64,000 nucleotides of DNA from the human T2T-CHM13v2.0 reference genome, Homo sapiens, in the NCBI RefSeq assembly GCF_009914755.1, contig NC_060930.1, one strand, 5' to 3'. Positions within the stretch are counted from its first letter, which is position 1; the number at the start of each line of letters is the position of its first letter. The position numbers and the translations under genes are program-made. Under the pieces are notes generated by a model. That model ran no database searches. It saw only the letters and a list, made by a program, of their open reading frames with translations, and was not told the origin of the DNA. This document shows, in pieces, positions 12,935 through 25,526 of the stretch.

Positions 12935-13050
12935 AGAAATGAAAACAAAAGTCTCAGAAAAGAAGTGTTGACTTGATCAAAGTCCCTAAGATAGTAAATA
13001 ATTGAGTCTAGGAGGCTTAAAACCAGATGTATCTTATGCCAAAGCCCATG
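12935..13050 (-). mobile_element. MIR fragment
   Basis: gaaaacaaaagtctcagaaa...gacttgatcaaagtcc...aaccagatgt...gccaaagcccatg matches the antisense MIR core. Confidence 0.55.
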
Positions 13051-13821
13051 GCATGCTTTCCCATCCCAACTCGATCCTATCTCAGTTTTGTTTGGCTCTA
13101 ATCATCATTAATATATTTCCTTGGTAACCAAGAGTTAAAATGACATGGACAGTCTCCCTTACGTTTCCCATTAGTTCAAATTATTAAATGATGCTTAGAA
13201 CTAAATTGAGTATAAGGGTTTCCTTATTATTCTTCAACTTCCTGATTCATGAAACTGCAGAAAAAATAAGAATGTTTTAGGTGTTCTACTTTTAGAAGAA
13301 TGAAAAGAAACAGTGACCCAACAGTTGAATACTACTGTGACCATAAATTGCCTTTATGCCAGATTTTCATCTGTATCAGGAAAATATTACCCATAATCTC
13401 ATTTGACAAGATAATCTCTGAGCTACCTCCATACCAAAATCATTTGTATTGTCTTTTGATCTTTTGATCTTTACCCCATTGCCTTTTAATGTGCATTCTA
13501 TGTTAAATGATTTTACATAAATGATTATAATTTCTTGACATAGGGATTTTTTCTGCTTTCAGGTCTATTTATTCTCTTTTCTTCAAATAAGGCATTTTTT
13601 TTTCTGTCATCAGCCATAGTTCATCCTTATCTTATCTCATCTGAAGTATTCTGGGGTCTTGTTCAGCTTTTTCCACTAAAATTCAAAATAACTTATTTAT
13701 TCTCTATGAATTTATATAGACACTTTCTGTAGTGTTAGGTATGAATCCCAATTCTTAACCTTCATGATCCTTGGAAAATTTCTGTGTATTCTCTACGTAC
13801 TTCTTTGCCTTAAAGGTTTCT

Positions 13822-13959
13822 CAGGAAGGGTAGTGCACACCTGTAATCCCAGCTACTCTGGCGGCTGAGGCAGGTGAATCACTTGAACCCAGGAGGCGGA
13901 GGCTGCAGTGAGCCGAGATCGTGCCACTTCATTCCAGCCTGGGTGACAGAGTGAGACTC
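13822..13959 (+). mobile_element. Alu right monomer (tail-less)
   Basis: cacctgtaatcccagctact...gggtgacagagtgagactc. Confidence 0.9.
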
Positions 13960-14062
13960 ACTCTGTTGGCCAGGATGATCTTGAACTCTTGACCTCAAGT
14001 GATCCACCTGCCTCGGACTTCCAAAGTGCTGGGATTACAGGCATAAGCCACTGTGCCCGGCC
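13960..14062 (-). mobile_element. Alu left monomer (antisense), fused to the previous fragment
   Basis: tgttggccaggatgatcttgaactc...gctgggattacaggcataagccactgtgcccggcc. Confidence 0.9.
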
Positions 14063-14212
14063 CAGTCCTCTTTTATATATGTATTAATATATACATTCTT
14101 CCTATTGACTACAAATTAATCTTTTTTAAAAAGTTCTGTCTTGGACCATTTTCTCAATCCTTGCCAAGAATTCTTCATTCTCTCTAACAGTTCAAGATAA
14201 AGAGAGACTCAT

Positions 14213-14881
<669 letters not shown>

Positions 14882-15753
14882 CTCTTGTCTCAAATCCTTC
14901 TCCTTCAACAGGAAAACTCCTTTAATTTCACTATGCATGTACCTGAAAGACAATCAAAGTATGTTCCTTGCTTGCAGTAACTGCAAAACTAGATTCCTTG
15001 CCGTGCCAGGAATCTAGTTTTAGTATTCCAGCTTTTAAAATATAAAGACAGATTCTAATTCCTTTTAGCTCTATCTGAAAGCTTCTCCTTGCAGCTATCA
15101 CTTACTTCTGGGCAACTATTCAGTGTGGAGACCCCTAAGAAGTCTGTCTCAATGCCAGCTATTCTGCTCCCTAATAGACCTGGCTTCTGTGCTAAAGTGT
15201 TAGATTTTACCACTGATCAGTTCATCAACACTGAGTGTTTCAATCTAGTGTCCATGTATTGAGACACCGTGGAGATCTGTGCCTAAAATACTTACTGTTA
15301 CCATTGGAAAAAGCAAAAGAAAGGAAGATTCTATCTGTATTTAGAGGCTCTTGGCATTTCAACACAACAAGGAGTGCCTGTGGAAAGCCTGCAGTTGCAT
15401 TCTTCCTGTCAATATTTATATAATGCCAAGGTTCAGCCTTATAGAGAAGAACTCTCTTGTGCAATTCAAGATAGAAAGGGCCATGAAGAGCTTCCCTAAA
15501 GGCTCTCTTAACTTTCTATTCTGTGGTATAAACACAAGCCTTAGGATATTTTTATTCTACTATTTTCAAAACTTCTCACCCAAGGGAGCCAGCCAGGCCT
15601 GCAGTGACAGGAGAGTATGGGTGGTGACAGCCTAGGATTATCATTTCCGTGGTACTATTTGGGCTACTTGACAGCACAGTTGGGGACCAGAGACAACCTT
15701 GTTGAATTTATGGGTTCTGTTTTGGTTTTGACCAAAAGTTAAAAACCACAGGG

Positions 15754-15754
<1 letters not shown>

Positions 15755-15787
<33 letters not shown>
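15755..15787. repeat. (TG)n microsatellite
   Basis: Seen directly. Confidence 0.95.
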
Positions 15788-15789
<2 letters not shown>

Positions 15790-16501
15790 ATCTGTGTGTG
15801 TAAAACATGAATCATTGAGAATGGTGAAACAATCCAGAGTAGAATGTTCCAGTTGTTTGCATATCTATTTTTCATAAAAACCACAGACATTTTGATGTGT
15901 ATGCCTTGAATTAATGCAGAAACCAATGGCCTACATGTGAAGACACCAGCTCCAGAGAAGAGATTCACATTTGGCATATGATGGATGGAAGGAAGGACTG
16001 TGATGACAAAGGGACCAGGAGATATTTCTTATTCTTCCAGCATAATCTCTAAACCAGAAGCTTATTCCCATAGAATTTTCCAGTGAGGAAGGGTTAAGAA
16101 TACTTGGGAAAATGAGGGTAAAAGATGAGCTAAATATTACCTTGTAGAAACAGTTCTTTGGGAATCGTTTATGAAGAAAATATTTTTCAATCTCGAATCA
16201 TTCCATGTAGATAGTTATCGATTTATCAACTTTTTCTGTTAATGATGTTACTAATGATATAATTTAAAGACCTGAAGTTAATGGTGATATAATTTAAAGT
16301 CATGCTTTTATTTAAATGAAATCAATTTTTATCAGGATGAGAAGAAAGTCTTTAATAAAATGTATACTATGGGGTAAAATGGCAAAATGGCAATTTATTT
16401 TTCTCTCTTCTCTCTTTCTTTCCTGGATAGCCTGTGCCTGGGCCCCTACTTAGCACCAAATAAAGCCAGGGCGCAGATAACCCTATAATATTCATGACCT
16501 C

Positions 16502-16895
16502 TGCTGTTTTTTGCATGTCCCCTCCGGGGCCCATATTGAAATTTAATTGCCATTGTGATGGTAGTAAGAGGTGGGCCCATTATGGGATGATTAGAACATG
16601 CAGGCTCCATCCTCATGAATGGATTAATGTCATCACTGAGGGAGTGAGTTAGTTATCTCAGGAGGGGGTTCCTGAGTAAAAGTGAGTTAGCCCTCTCATG
16701 CCCATTCTTGCTCTTCTGCTCTCTTGTCCTTCCACCTCCTACCATGGGATGATGTAGTAAGGAGGCCCTCACCAGATGCCACTCTTTGACCTTGGGCTTC
16801 CCAGCCTTCAGAAGTGGAAAAAATTAAATTTATTTTCCATATAAATGACCCAGTCTGTGGTATTCTGTTACTGCAGCACAAAGTGAACTAAGACA
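16502..16895 (+). mobile_element. MSTC/MSTD-type MaLR solo LTR
   Basis: catattgaaatttaattgccattgtgatgg...ctcatgaatggattaatg...gaactaagaca; TSD acctc/ccctc. Confidence 0.85.
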
Positions 16896-17779
16896 CCCTC
16901 TATTCTCAGTCTACTCACATGTGCCGCTCACACCTCATCACCTCACCTATTCCAGCTCTTCCTGCCTTCACACCTTGCAAAGCCTTTATTTAATCCATGG
17001 TTTGGCTTCACCCTCAGACCTATTACAGAGACAGTTATTGTATTTGTCTTTGACCTCAGTCTCCTTCCTTTCAAGCCTGGCTGAAGCTTTAACATCTGTC
17101 ATTCTGGTGCCCTGAGTATGGAGCTCACTTATTGTAGCCCAGGTTATTATAACCATCAAATATGCATGCTCATTTGGTTTGCTCCAGGAGCTAGTGGAGA
17201 ATCTAAACAAAATTCTTCTGATACAGCAGGAGCAAACTTAGAACAAGGGCGTTGAGGTCCTGCAAGGTATCCTCGTTATTCAAGTATTTTCAGTTACTAC
17301 AATCAATTCACCAGTTTATTCTTTCTTGGTAACCTTTGGTCTCCAAATGTTTATATAGCCTTTCTGCAGACAATGCTGAACATCTAAATTTGATTGAGCC
17401 TAAACATATTTTCAGAGATTCTATTCCTTTCTCCCTCATGAAAACCTTCACCATGTTCCCTGGAAGGTTGGTGTCCTTGGGCAGGGTGCAATAAACCATG
17501 GGAGCCTCTTAAAAGTGTTACTCATGAAATCATCATTGCCTTTGCTGTTTTGGACCAAGAACCCAGTTTAGTGTCCCCCAAAGACCCTGCTCTGTTCTTT
17601 CCTCTTTACCTGTTCATAATCTTTTTTAACTTTCACAGGCTAGATCTTATGAAAAATAACTCTTTTCCCTGGTTGCTTCTTCTTCTGAGTTTCTGCATTT
17701 CTGCTTGGTTGGCTTTACATGTTAATATTCATCACATATAACTTAATATTGCCTTCTGTTGTTTCAGCATATACATTAC

Positions 17780-17870
17780 TTCCCCAACTAAATTTTAAGC
17801 TCCCTGAAGGAAAGAATTGTGCCTTTTTATTTTTTGGACATTCTTTACAGTAACTTATGCTGTAGCACAC
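17780..17870 (+). mobile_element. L2 3' fragment
   Basis: ccccaactaaattttaagctccctgaaggaaagaattgtgcc matches the L2 3' motif. Confidence 0.45.
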
Positions 17871-20800
17871 ATACATTACCAAATAGCAAAATATCATCAG
17901 TGAGTATAAATTATGATATTAAGAATAGACTTAAAACCACCATATAAGCAGTTTTAGGGAAAAAATACATAATTGGGGTATTCATGCATTTTGAAGCCTA
18001 TTAAAATATAAATGCAGAATATAGTCAGTCAATCATGGTATTCTCTATAAAGCACACTTAGGAAAGGGAAAATTCATAGCAGGAATAGTGATGTGTTTAA
18101 CAAACAGGCATCAGTGTATTGAATGCTGCCAAACCCAATCCATTGCTCAACAGAATGACTATAAATAAGACAGTACAGAGGAGGAGAGTTAGAGATGAAA
18201 TGGGCAATGAGGTGGAAGGAGTCGCAGCTGTTTCTTTTCATTCATTCATTGAATTCTCTGTAAATATTGGTATGGCTTGCAAAGTGGTAAACAGCATTTC
18301 TGTAAATTAGAATGACTGCTCATATCCTGGCAAGAATATCAGGGGTCTGAGTATCAGGCAAAGCAGACGATGACATCATACACGGCATGAGCTTCCCCTC
18401 GGCTTCTCCAAATGCTCCTAATTCATTTGCTCCGTAATATTTGAATATATATTTTAGCTGAGCCAACTCTTTTACCAGGAAAGTATTCAGTGCTTGTTTT
18501 AGATTCATTTTCCTGCAGCTTGCATTTTGCCATATGCATTGGGACTTGTTTACACTTTTATTTTAAGGTTTGTTCTGTTTCTGATTTTGTTTCGCACTGA
18601 AGTTCCGAATAGACAGATGTCTATTAGAAGAATTGAAATGACATATCAGAGTTTTAATGCCGTCGTTCTTGTATTTGCATATTTAATTACTTGCATCGCA
18701 TTTTATTAGTATATTTTCTGATGAGGAATTCTCAGTAATTAATTTCACCTGGAATGGTATGCGGGTGTATGAAAAATTACACTTGGCCACTTGCAGAGAC
18801 CAGCTGTGTATTAGAAATATCTGGTCCCCATCTGCAGGATTAAAAAAAGTGAGAGAAAACAGCTGATTGTAAAAAACAGTCACTTTACCTTGTGCCCTGA
18901 AGGTATTATTATTATTGGCAGATATCCTTTATTACTCAGCCTATATTCTGGACATTAACTCAGAAGTTTACTCTGAGCATCATTCAGTGGGATGACTTGA
19001 CTTTGCATCATTTTGGTTTTAATTTGTAGTCCTGCTAATGTGATTGGGTTCCACCCGTATGCGTGCACTCGCTGCCTTCAATTCCAGCCTGACTCACACA
19101 CAGCCAACTTCATTTGGACCACAAATTGTTTTGGCCTAGCTGGCAGCGGAAACCCAAAACAAAAATCTGGGAGAGTAGGGATATCATGTTAAAAGATAAC
19201 CCTCAGGGTCAAACGTGGCCTCTTAGAAATGCAACCAAATCCTGTAGCAGCGCTCCAGTACACACGTGCATGTTTTTATTTTCTCTTTTTCTCTCTGTCT
19301 TGCTATGTATTTCTATGTGGATTCTTTGTCTGCCCTGACAACAGATGGTGTTTTAATAAAGTCCGGTAGGAATATTACTGTGAGTAAACAATGCAGCGCA
19401 TGCCAATTCCATAATTGCTGGGTACTGATTCAGCCTCTTACCTGCTGCATCCAAATTGGGAGGGAACCAACTGTGCTTGCACCTACCAGCAGCAGCCCGC
19501 TCGCCTGCAGCTGTGGTGTGCTTCAGCAGCTAGCCTCACCACGAAAGGTAAATTGCGGCTCCTGTCATGTGTCTTGGCACCGGGTCTAGGGAATGCTGCC
19601 ATCTGGCTTGTCATCAAACATGGTCATTGAATCTCTCAGAGATAAAATGGCTTTTTAAAAATCTTGCTGTTTTTTTAAAAATTGACACACATAAAATATA
19701 TTATCTTTCTCTTTACAGGCATGGTATATTCTAAAATAAGTGTTTGAGCTTATTTGAGCAATAGCTTCCAGAGTGTTGTTTTTCCTCACTGATTCCCACG
19801 CTCAAAGGGATTTATAGTCTAAACCTATTATATGTTAATGGAAAATTTAAATTCATCGGATCTGGCCAAGAAATGCAAGCTCTCATTTATATGTCTCATT
19901 GGGGAAGGGCAAAAAGTTAGGTTAACTCTCTGAATAATTTTAGTTTGTTTTTCATTGTATAGAAACATGTCCTTAACTCTTTTACTCAAAAAAGAGGGCA
20001 GGTGAAGCAAATAAAGATTGTAATCCAAATGTACGATATTTGTCCCCTCCCCATAGTCCCCTCAAACTACCTGCTAAATAGAAGTCTCCAGGAAAATCAA
20101 AGTGGCTTTGGCAGCCAGAAAGAGAAAGTCAGTGCTTACTCATTTTGTAAGAAGGCCAGCAGCATGTGATGTTTATCCAAGGATCATATTTTAAGTGACA
20201 TCCAGTTTCTTCAAATACTGCCATTTTCAACAGAGTGCTCTAAACACTTTTGGTAGTGCCTACAATTATAAAAGCAAACAAAAAGCAAAATGAACTGCAG
20301 AAACAGCAGCGTAGCCTTCACAGTAGAGAAAGGTTAACGTCTGCTGGCTGACATATTCAGAGAAAAGCCTCTTGTTGCCCGGTTTGTCTGTTCAAGTAAA
20401 TAAAATATATTAAACTGATAGGACACCAAACTGCTAGAGTTCATGCCAATTTTTTCTTTTCAGTAAAGGCTGCCAACTCCCCAGCTAGACTGATGGTTAC
20501 ATGAAATGCTAGTATTGCATCATTTTCCCTTCCATCGATTTTTAGATAGAATGATCCTGTTTTTGAATATTTTGAGAAGAATCTGAAACAAATGCAAAAA
20601 CAGACAAAAATAATACACTGAAAACTCTTACACATTACCCATTCCTAACAAGTGCTCGTCCAAAGTTCCCCATCCATACCTCCTTCCTGGTTTATTTGAA
20701 ACAAATTCTATCCATCCTGTCAATTTAACTGTAAACATTTCTTTATCTTTTTTTTTAAAAGTCACAGATCTTTTTTGTCCCTTTCTGTAACTTTCTGTTT

Positions 20801-20954
20801 TAGCATTACTTCAAAGAAAATGTGTAATAGTATGAGGAACACCCTTTTAACCAAAATTTGCTAATGTTTTATATGTGCTTTGTCTATTTTTGTATTTTTG
20901 TCTCTTTATGTATAGTTTCAAACAAATGCATACTTTTTCAGAATCATTTGAGTG

Positions 20955-21750
20955 TATAGTAGGTTTCTGTTGCTACAGTAACACATAACTCAGAAACTCA
21001 AATACTGCATGCTTTCACTTATAAGTGGGAGCTAAGCAATGGCTACACGTGGACATAAAATTGGCAAAAATAGATCTTGGGAACTCCAAAAGTGAGGAGC
21101 ATGGGAGAGGCCGAGGGTTAAAAAAATTATGTACTTGGTACAATGTTCACTATTTGGGTGATGGGTGTGCTAGAAGCCCAAACCTCACCATTATGTAATA
21201 TATCCATGTAACAAACCTGCACATGTACCTCTGAATCTAAAATTTTAAAAAATTAAAAATAAAATGTACATGGAAAGGAAAGTAAAAAAAAACCCCACAA
21301 ATTCCTTATCTTAACATTCTAGAATTCAGAAATCCGAAATGAGATTTCTGGGGCTAAAAAAATGTATCAGCAGGTCTTCTGGAGAGTCTGGGAGAATCTG
21401 CTCCCTGCCCCTTCCACGTTCTAGAGGGTGCCTCAATCCTCTGGTTTCTCAAGGTTGCCTGGATTCCTTGACTTGCAGCCCCTTCCATCTTCCAAGCCAG
21501 CATTTGCATCACTTTGAAATCAGCCTCTGCTCTAATCTCCTAGTCTCTGCCTCTGCTTCTCTTGCTTCCCTCTTGCTTTTTTTCTAAGAACCTTGTGATT
21601 ACATTGGGCCCACCATGATAATCAAGGATAATTTCTTCATTTTTCGATTTTTAATTGCATCTGCAAAGTCCCTTTTGCAAACATAGAAAATATGTTTGCA
21701 GGTTCCAGGATTCAGATATCTTCCAGGGAGAAGGAGATACTGTGCACACT
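20955..21750 (-). mobile_element. MLT1C/D MaLR LTR interrupted by L1
   Basis: ttctggagagtctgggagaatctgctccctgccccttccacgttctag...ccttgtgattacattgggcccacc...catctgcaaagtcccttttgc. Confidence 0.8.
20985..21265 (+). mobile_element. L1PA15/16-like 3' end
   Basis: cacttataagtgggagctaa...atccatgtaacaaacctgcacatgtacctctgaatctaaa followed by an A-rich tail. Confidence 0.85.
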
Positions 21751-22100
21751 CCATCTCTAGTGTTTCCGAGAGTGCTTCCTAAGAATGATGACTTTCTCTT
21801 ACACAACCACAGCAAAATAAGTCAAAATTAGAAAATTACCTAACCTGCACTGCATAATCTGATTTCATCAATTATCTCAGGAACTTTTTTTATCCAACAC
21901 CACTCAAAATCCAGGATCCTAGACTATGTTTAATTGTCATGTTTCTTTGGTCTACTTTAATCTAAATGAGATTCTTAGTCTTCTTTTTGTCATTTATTTT
22001 GACATTTAGAAGGCAATAGGCCTGTTAGTTCATAAAATGTTCCACCATATCTATTTGTCTATTTTTTATGATTGAATTCAGATTATGACTTTTTGGCAGA

Positions 22101-22483
22101 TGGGATGGTTAAATTTTATGTGTCAACTTGGCTAGGCTATGGTCCACATTTGTCAGGTCAAATGCTAATCTGGAGGTTGCTGTGAAAATAGTGTGTAGAT
22201 GTGGTGAACATCTAGAATCAGTTGACTTTTAGACAAAGTGAGAACCCTCAATAATATGAGTGGACCTCATCCAAACAGTGAAGGCCTAAAAGCAAAAGGA
22301 TTCCCTAAGGATTCCCTTAAAACTGTAATGTAGAAACCCTACCTGAGTTTCCAGCCTGCCAGCGTGCCCTACAGATTTGGATTTTCCAGCCCCACAACCA
22401 CATAAGCCAGTTCCTTAGAATACATCTCTTTGTATAAATATATCCTGTTGGTCCTGTTTCTCTGGAGAACCCTGAATGATGCA
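22101..22483 (+). mobile_element. MLT2D-like ERVL solo LTR
   Basis: tgggatggttaaattttatgtgtcaacttggctaggctatgg...ctgtttctctggagaaccctgaatgatgca. Confidence 0.85.
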
Positions 22484-22924
22484 GTAGGTGTGGCAGAGAA
22501 GTGACACTGGCCCTAATCAGTGCATTCTAATAGGAGGTACATAATGTCAGTTTGTCTCGGTACTGAAGATACTGACCTTGATTACTTGGTTATATAGTCT
22601 AAGCCGTACGTGTTGGAAATTGAAACTAATAAAGCAAATGGCATCTTTACTGTGAAGTTACACAAATGTTCTTTTTGGTAAATACTAAGTAATTTTAGAG
22701 TGGTTTTTTTTTTTTTCAGATTGTGTACATCTAGAGCTCTTTGTTAAAACTTTCCTTGCTAGTTTTGGCATCCATTGATTATTTTCAACTCCATCATTTC
22801 TTCCACGTTAGTTGAAATTTCACCATAAGCAAGAGCTTTCCCTTCTCCTCCATTAAGTAATTTAATCATTTATTGATAATATGTATAAATTTATGTATCC
22901 TTATTTTTTTCTATAGTTATAATT

Positions 22925-23120
22925 GATATCTTATGGCAAGCTCACTTACTCATGAGAACCACGTTTAGGCAACTCTTCTTAAATCTGTGTGAATTGTCAT
23001 AATGTTGGTAGCTTAAAATCAACCATAATGGAGTATTTACAATATAGAAATAGCAAATACTGCCAACCAGAGCTTCTTTATTTTTCCATTATGGAGAGCC
23101 AGTTTACTAGCATACCATAG
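22925..23120. mobile_element. MER63-like hAT-Blackjack relic
   Basis: atgttggtagcttaaaatcaaccat...gagtatttaca...ggagagccagtttactagcataccatag. Confidence 0.6.
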
Positions 23121-23142
23121 TATATAATCCATTACTATCAAT

Positions 23143-23442
23143 ATTTATTTATTTATTTTTCTGTGACAGTCTTGCTCTGTTGCCCAGGCTGGAGTGCAGT
23201 GCTGCGATCTTGGCTCACTGCAAGCTCTGCCCCTCCAGGTTTTAAGCAATTCTCTGCCTCAGCCTCTGGAGTAGCTGGGATTACAGGTGCCCGCCACCAC
23301 GCCCAGCTAATTTTTTTGTATTTTTAGTAGAGATGGGGTTTCACCATCTTGGCCAGGCTGGTCTTGAACTCCTGACTCATGGTCCACATGCCTCTGCCTC
23401 CCAAAGTGCTGGGATTACAGGCGTGAGCCACCGTGCCCAACC
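23143..23442 (-). mobile_element. AluS (Sg7-like)
   Basis: gcccctccaggttttaagcaattctctgcctcagcctctggag; TSD caatatttattt/cgatatttattt. Confidence 0.92.
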
Positions 23443-24655
23443 CGATATTTATTTTTATGAGCAAAATGTTTGAGATTTGATCAGTAGGAACTCCATCAAA
23501 CTGTATCCTATGTTATCTTGACATAGCTGCATCATTCATCATTCTTTGAGCGCTTTGTGATTTTCTGGCTCAATACGATGTTCTAGGATGATCTTGTACT
23601 TTCCCCATACTAGCTCTAAAATCATTTCTTATTCCAAGGAAATCTGTTTTCTTTTCATGGAGAATCATGTTTAGAAACCACAGTGAGTGCTAGTTCTTTG
23701 ACAATGATTCCTAGGAGTGGAATTGCTGGGTCATAGTGTTTGAATAGATTTAGCTTTAAATGAGCAATTTTTTCCAAAAGTAGCTGTACCATATTCTCTC
23801 TTCTGGTCCATATAAAATAATAGGGACTGGATGTATCCTCAGATACTGAACAACAAGCTAAATTGGACAAAGTATGTGAAATGAGGGATTAAAACATTGG
23901 ACAGCTGGTAGTACAGGTTGGTGATGCCTGAAAGAAAGAAAACAAGTAAGAATGATGATCTCTACTCATCAGATTACTGTCTAAAGGATAGGTATCTAAA
24001 GGCATCCTCAAGTACTAATGCAATATGGGAGCAGCAGAAGAGTTGAGCTGAGAGAATTCATCACCAGAAGACTGGGCTGAAGGCCTCACTGGGTTGAGGA
24101 GGAGATCAGAGTGCAAGATAAAGCACCTGAAAGGAGGGCACTGTACAGAGAGAAACCTTCAATGACATGCAAAGAGATCCCCAGAGTCTTTGCTGAACAC
24201 TGACGTACATACATGTGTGAGGAAACAATCTGAGTCTGAGAAAAGAACCACCAAAGGAGAGAATGCTGAACAGCCTCTGTGGCTCACACAGGACTGTGAA
24301 GAGTTTGTATTCCCATCAGTCGGAGTGAAAAGACCTCATCACACATGGGGTTTCAAGTGGAATTCTCACAAGCTTATCAATAATAAATAAATAAATAAAT
24401 AATAAAGTTATTTTAGCAGTGGGGCTAAATTACCCTGGGTAAAGACTTCTCTGAACGTACCTTAATGATGCTTAAAAACAAAGCTTTGAAAGGATTTAAC
24501 TAGTGCAAAATAATTTAACTGCACACTAAAACAAGATCCAACATTTCTTAAAGGAATGTAACAAAACCCAGTACCTTGCAATGTAAAATGTAAAATGTCC
24601 AACATCCAATAAAAAATTACTTGGTATGTGTGATGGTTAATACTGAATGTCAACT

Positions 24656-24666
24656 TGATTGGATTG
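24656..24666 (-). promoter_or_regulatory. DUX4-type motif (TGATTGGATTG) in the MLT2A1 5' LTR
   Basis: Reverse complement CAATCCAATCA resembles the DUX4 TAAYYYAATCA motif; also at 31124-31134, 58811-58821 and 58933-58943. Confidence 0.6.
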
Positions 24667-25009
24667 AAGGATGCAATATTGATCCTGGGTGTGTCTGTAA
24701 GGGTGTTGCCAAAGGAGATTAACATTTCAGTCAGTGGGCTTGGGACAGCAGTCCCATCCTTAATTGGGTGGGCACCATCTAATCAGCCACCTGGGAATAT
24801 AAAGCAAGCAGAAAAATGGGAAGCAATGAGACTGGCCTAGCCTCCCAGCCTACATCTTTCTCCCTTGCTGGATGCTTCCTGCCCTAAAACACTGGACTCC
24901 AAGTTCTTCAGTTTTGGGACTCGGACTGGCTCTCGTTGCTCCTCAGTTTGCAGACAGCCTATTGTGGGCTCTTGTGATCATGTAAGTTAATACTTACTAA
25001 ACTCCCCTT

Positions 25010-25396
25010 TATATAGATAGATATAGATATATATCTATAGATAGAGATAGAGATATATATCTATAGATAGAGATAGAGATATAGATCTATAGATAGAGAT
25101 ATAGATCTATAGATAGAGATATAGATCTATAGATATAGAGATATAGATATAGATCTATATAGAGATATAGATATAGATCTATAGATATAGAGATATAGAT
25201 ATAGATCTATAGATATAGAGATATAGATATAGATCTATAGATAGAGATAGATATATCTATAGCTATGTATATTGATATATATATCTATAGCCATGTATAT
25301 CTATAGAAAGAGATAGATATAGATATAGATCTATAGATAGAGATATAGATCTATATCTATAGATAGAGATAGATGTAGATATAGATACATATCTAT
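25010..25396. repeat. Palindromic ATAG/ATCT minisatellite inside the 5' LTR
   Basis: Repeated units such as atagatctatagatagagat containing tatagatctata palindromes. Confidence 0.95.
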
Positions 25397-25439
25397 CCTC
25401 TTAGTTCTGTCCCTCTAGAAAACTGACTAATACATATTT

Positions 25440-25457
25440 TGGTACAAGGAGTGGTTC
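25440..25457 (+). other. Primer-binding site complementary to the tRNA-Leu 3' end
   Basis: TGGTACAAGGAGTGGTTC just after the 5' LTR, close to TGGTACCAGGAGTGG. Confidence 0.85.
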
Positions 25458-25526
25458 CAGAGGAACAGAATATTAAGGATGGAGTTCTTTCGTTGGTTTC
25501 GGGGTTTCTAGAGTTGGCTGCTTGAT

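Larger units (their letters stand above)
21770..23690 (-). mobile_element. L1MC4/5-type 3' region, fragmented by later insertions
   Basis: ctcttacacaaccacag, ttgtcatgtttctttggtc, tgattgaattcagattatg, tttagaaacca motifs typical of the antisense L1MC 3'UTR. Confidence 0.6.
24629..25434 (+). mobile_element. 5' LTR MLT2A1
   Basis: TGTGATGGTTAATACTG...GACTAATACA. Confidence 0.95.

Noticed and set aside
19442-19585. Possible minus-strand exon ending at cag|gtaag
   Set aside because: Stops in all three frames and a weak acceptor; a non-coding exon cannot be supported from sequence alone.
25010-25396. Regularly spaced palindromic repeats resembling a CRISPR array
   Set aside because: No unique spacers, no cas genes, eukaryotic LTR context; it is a minisatellite.
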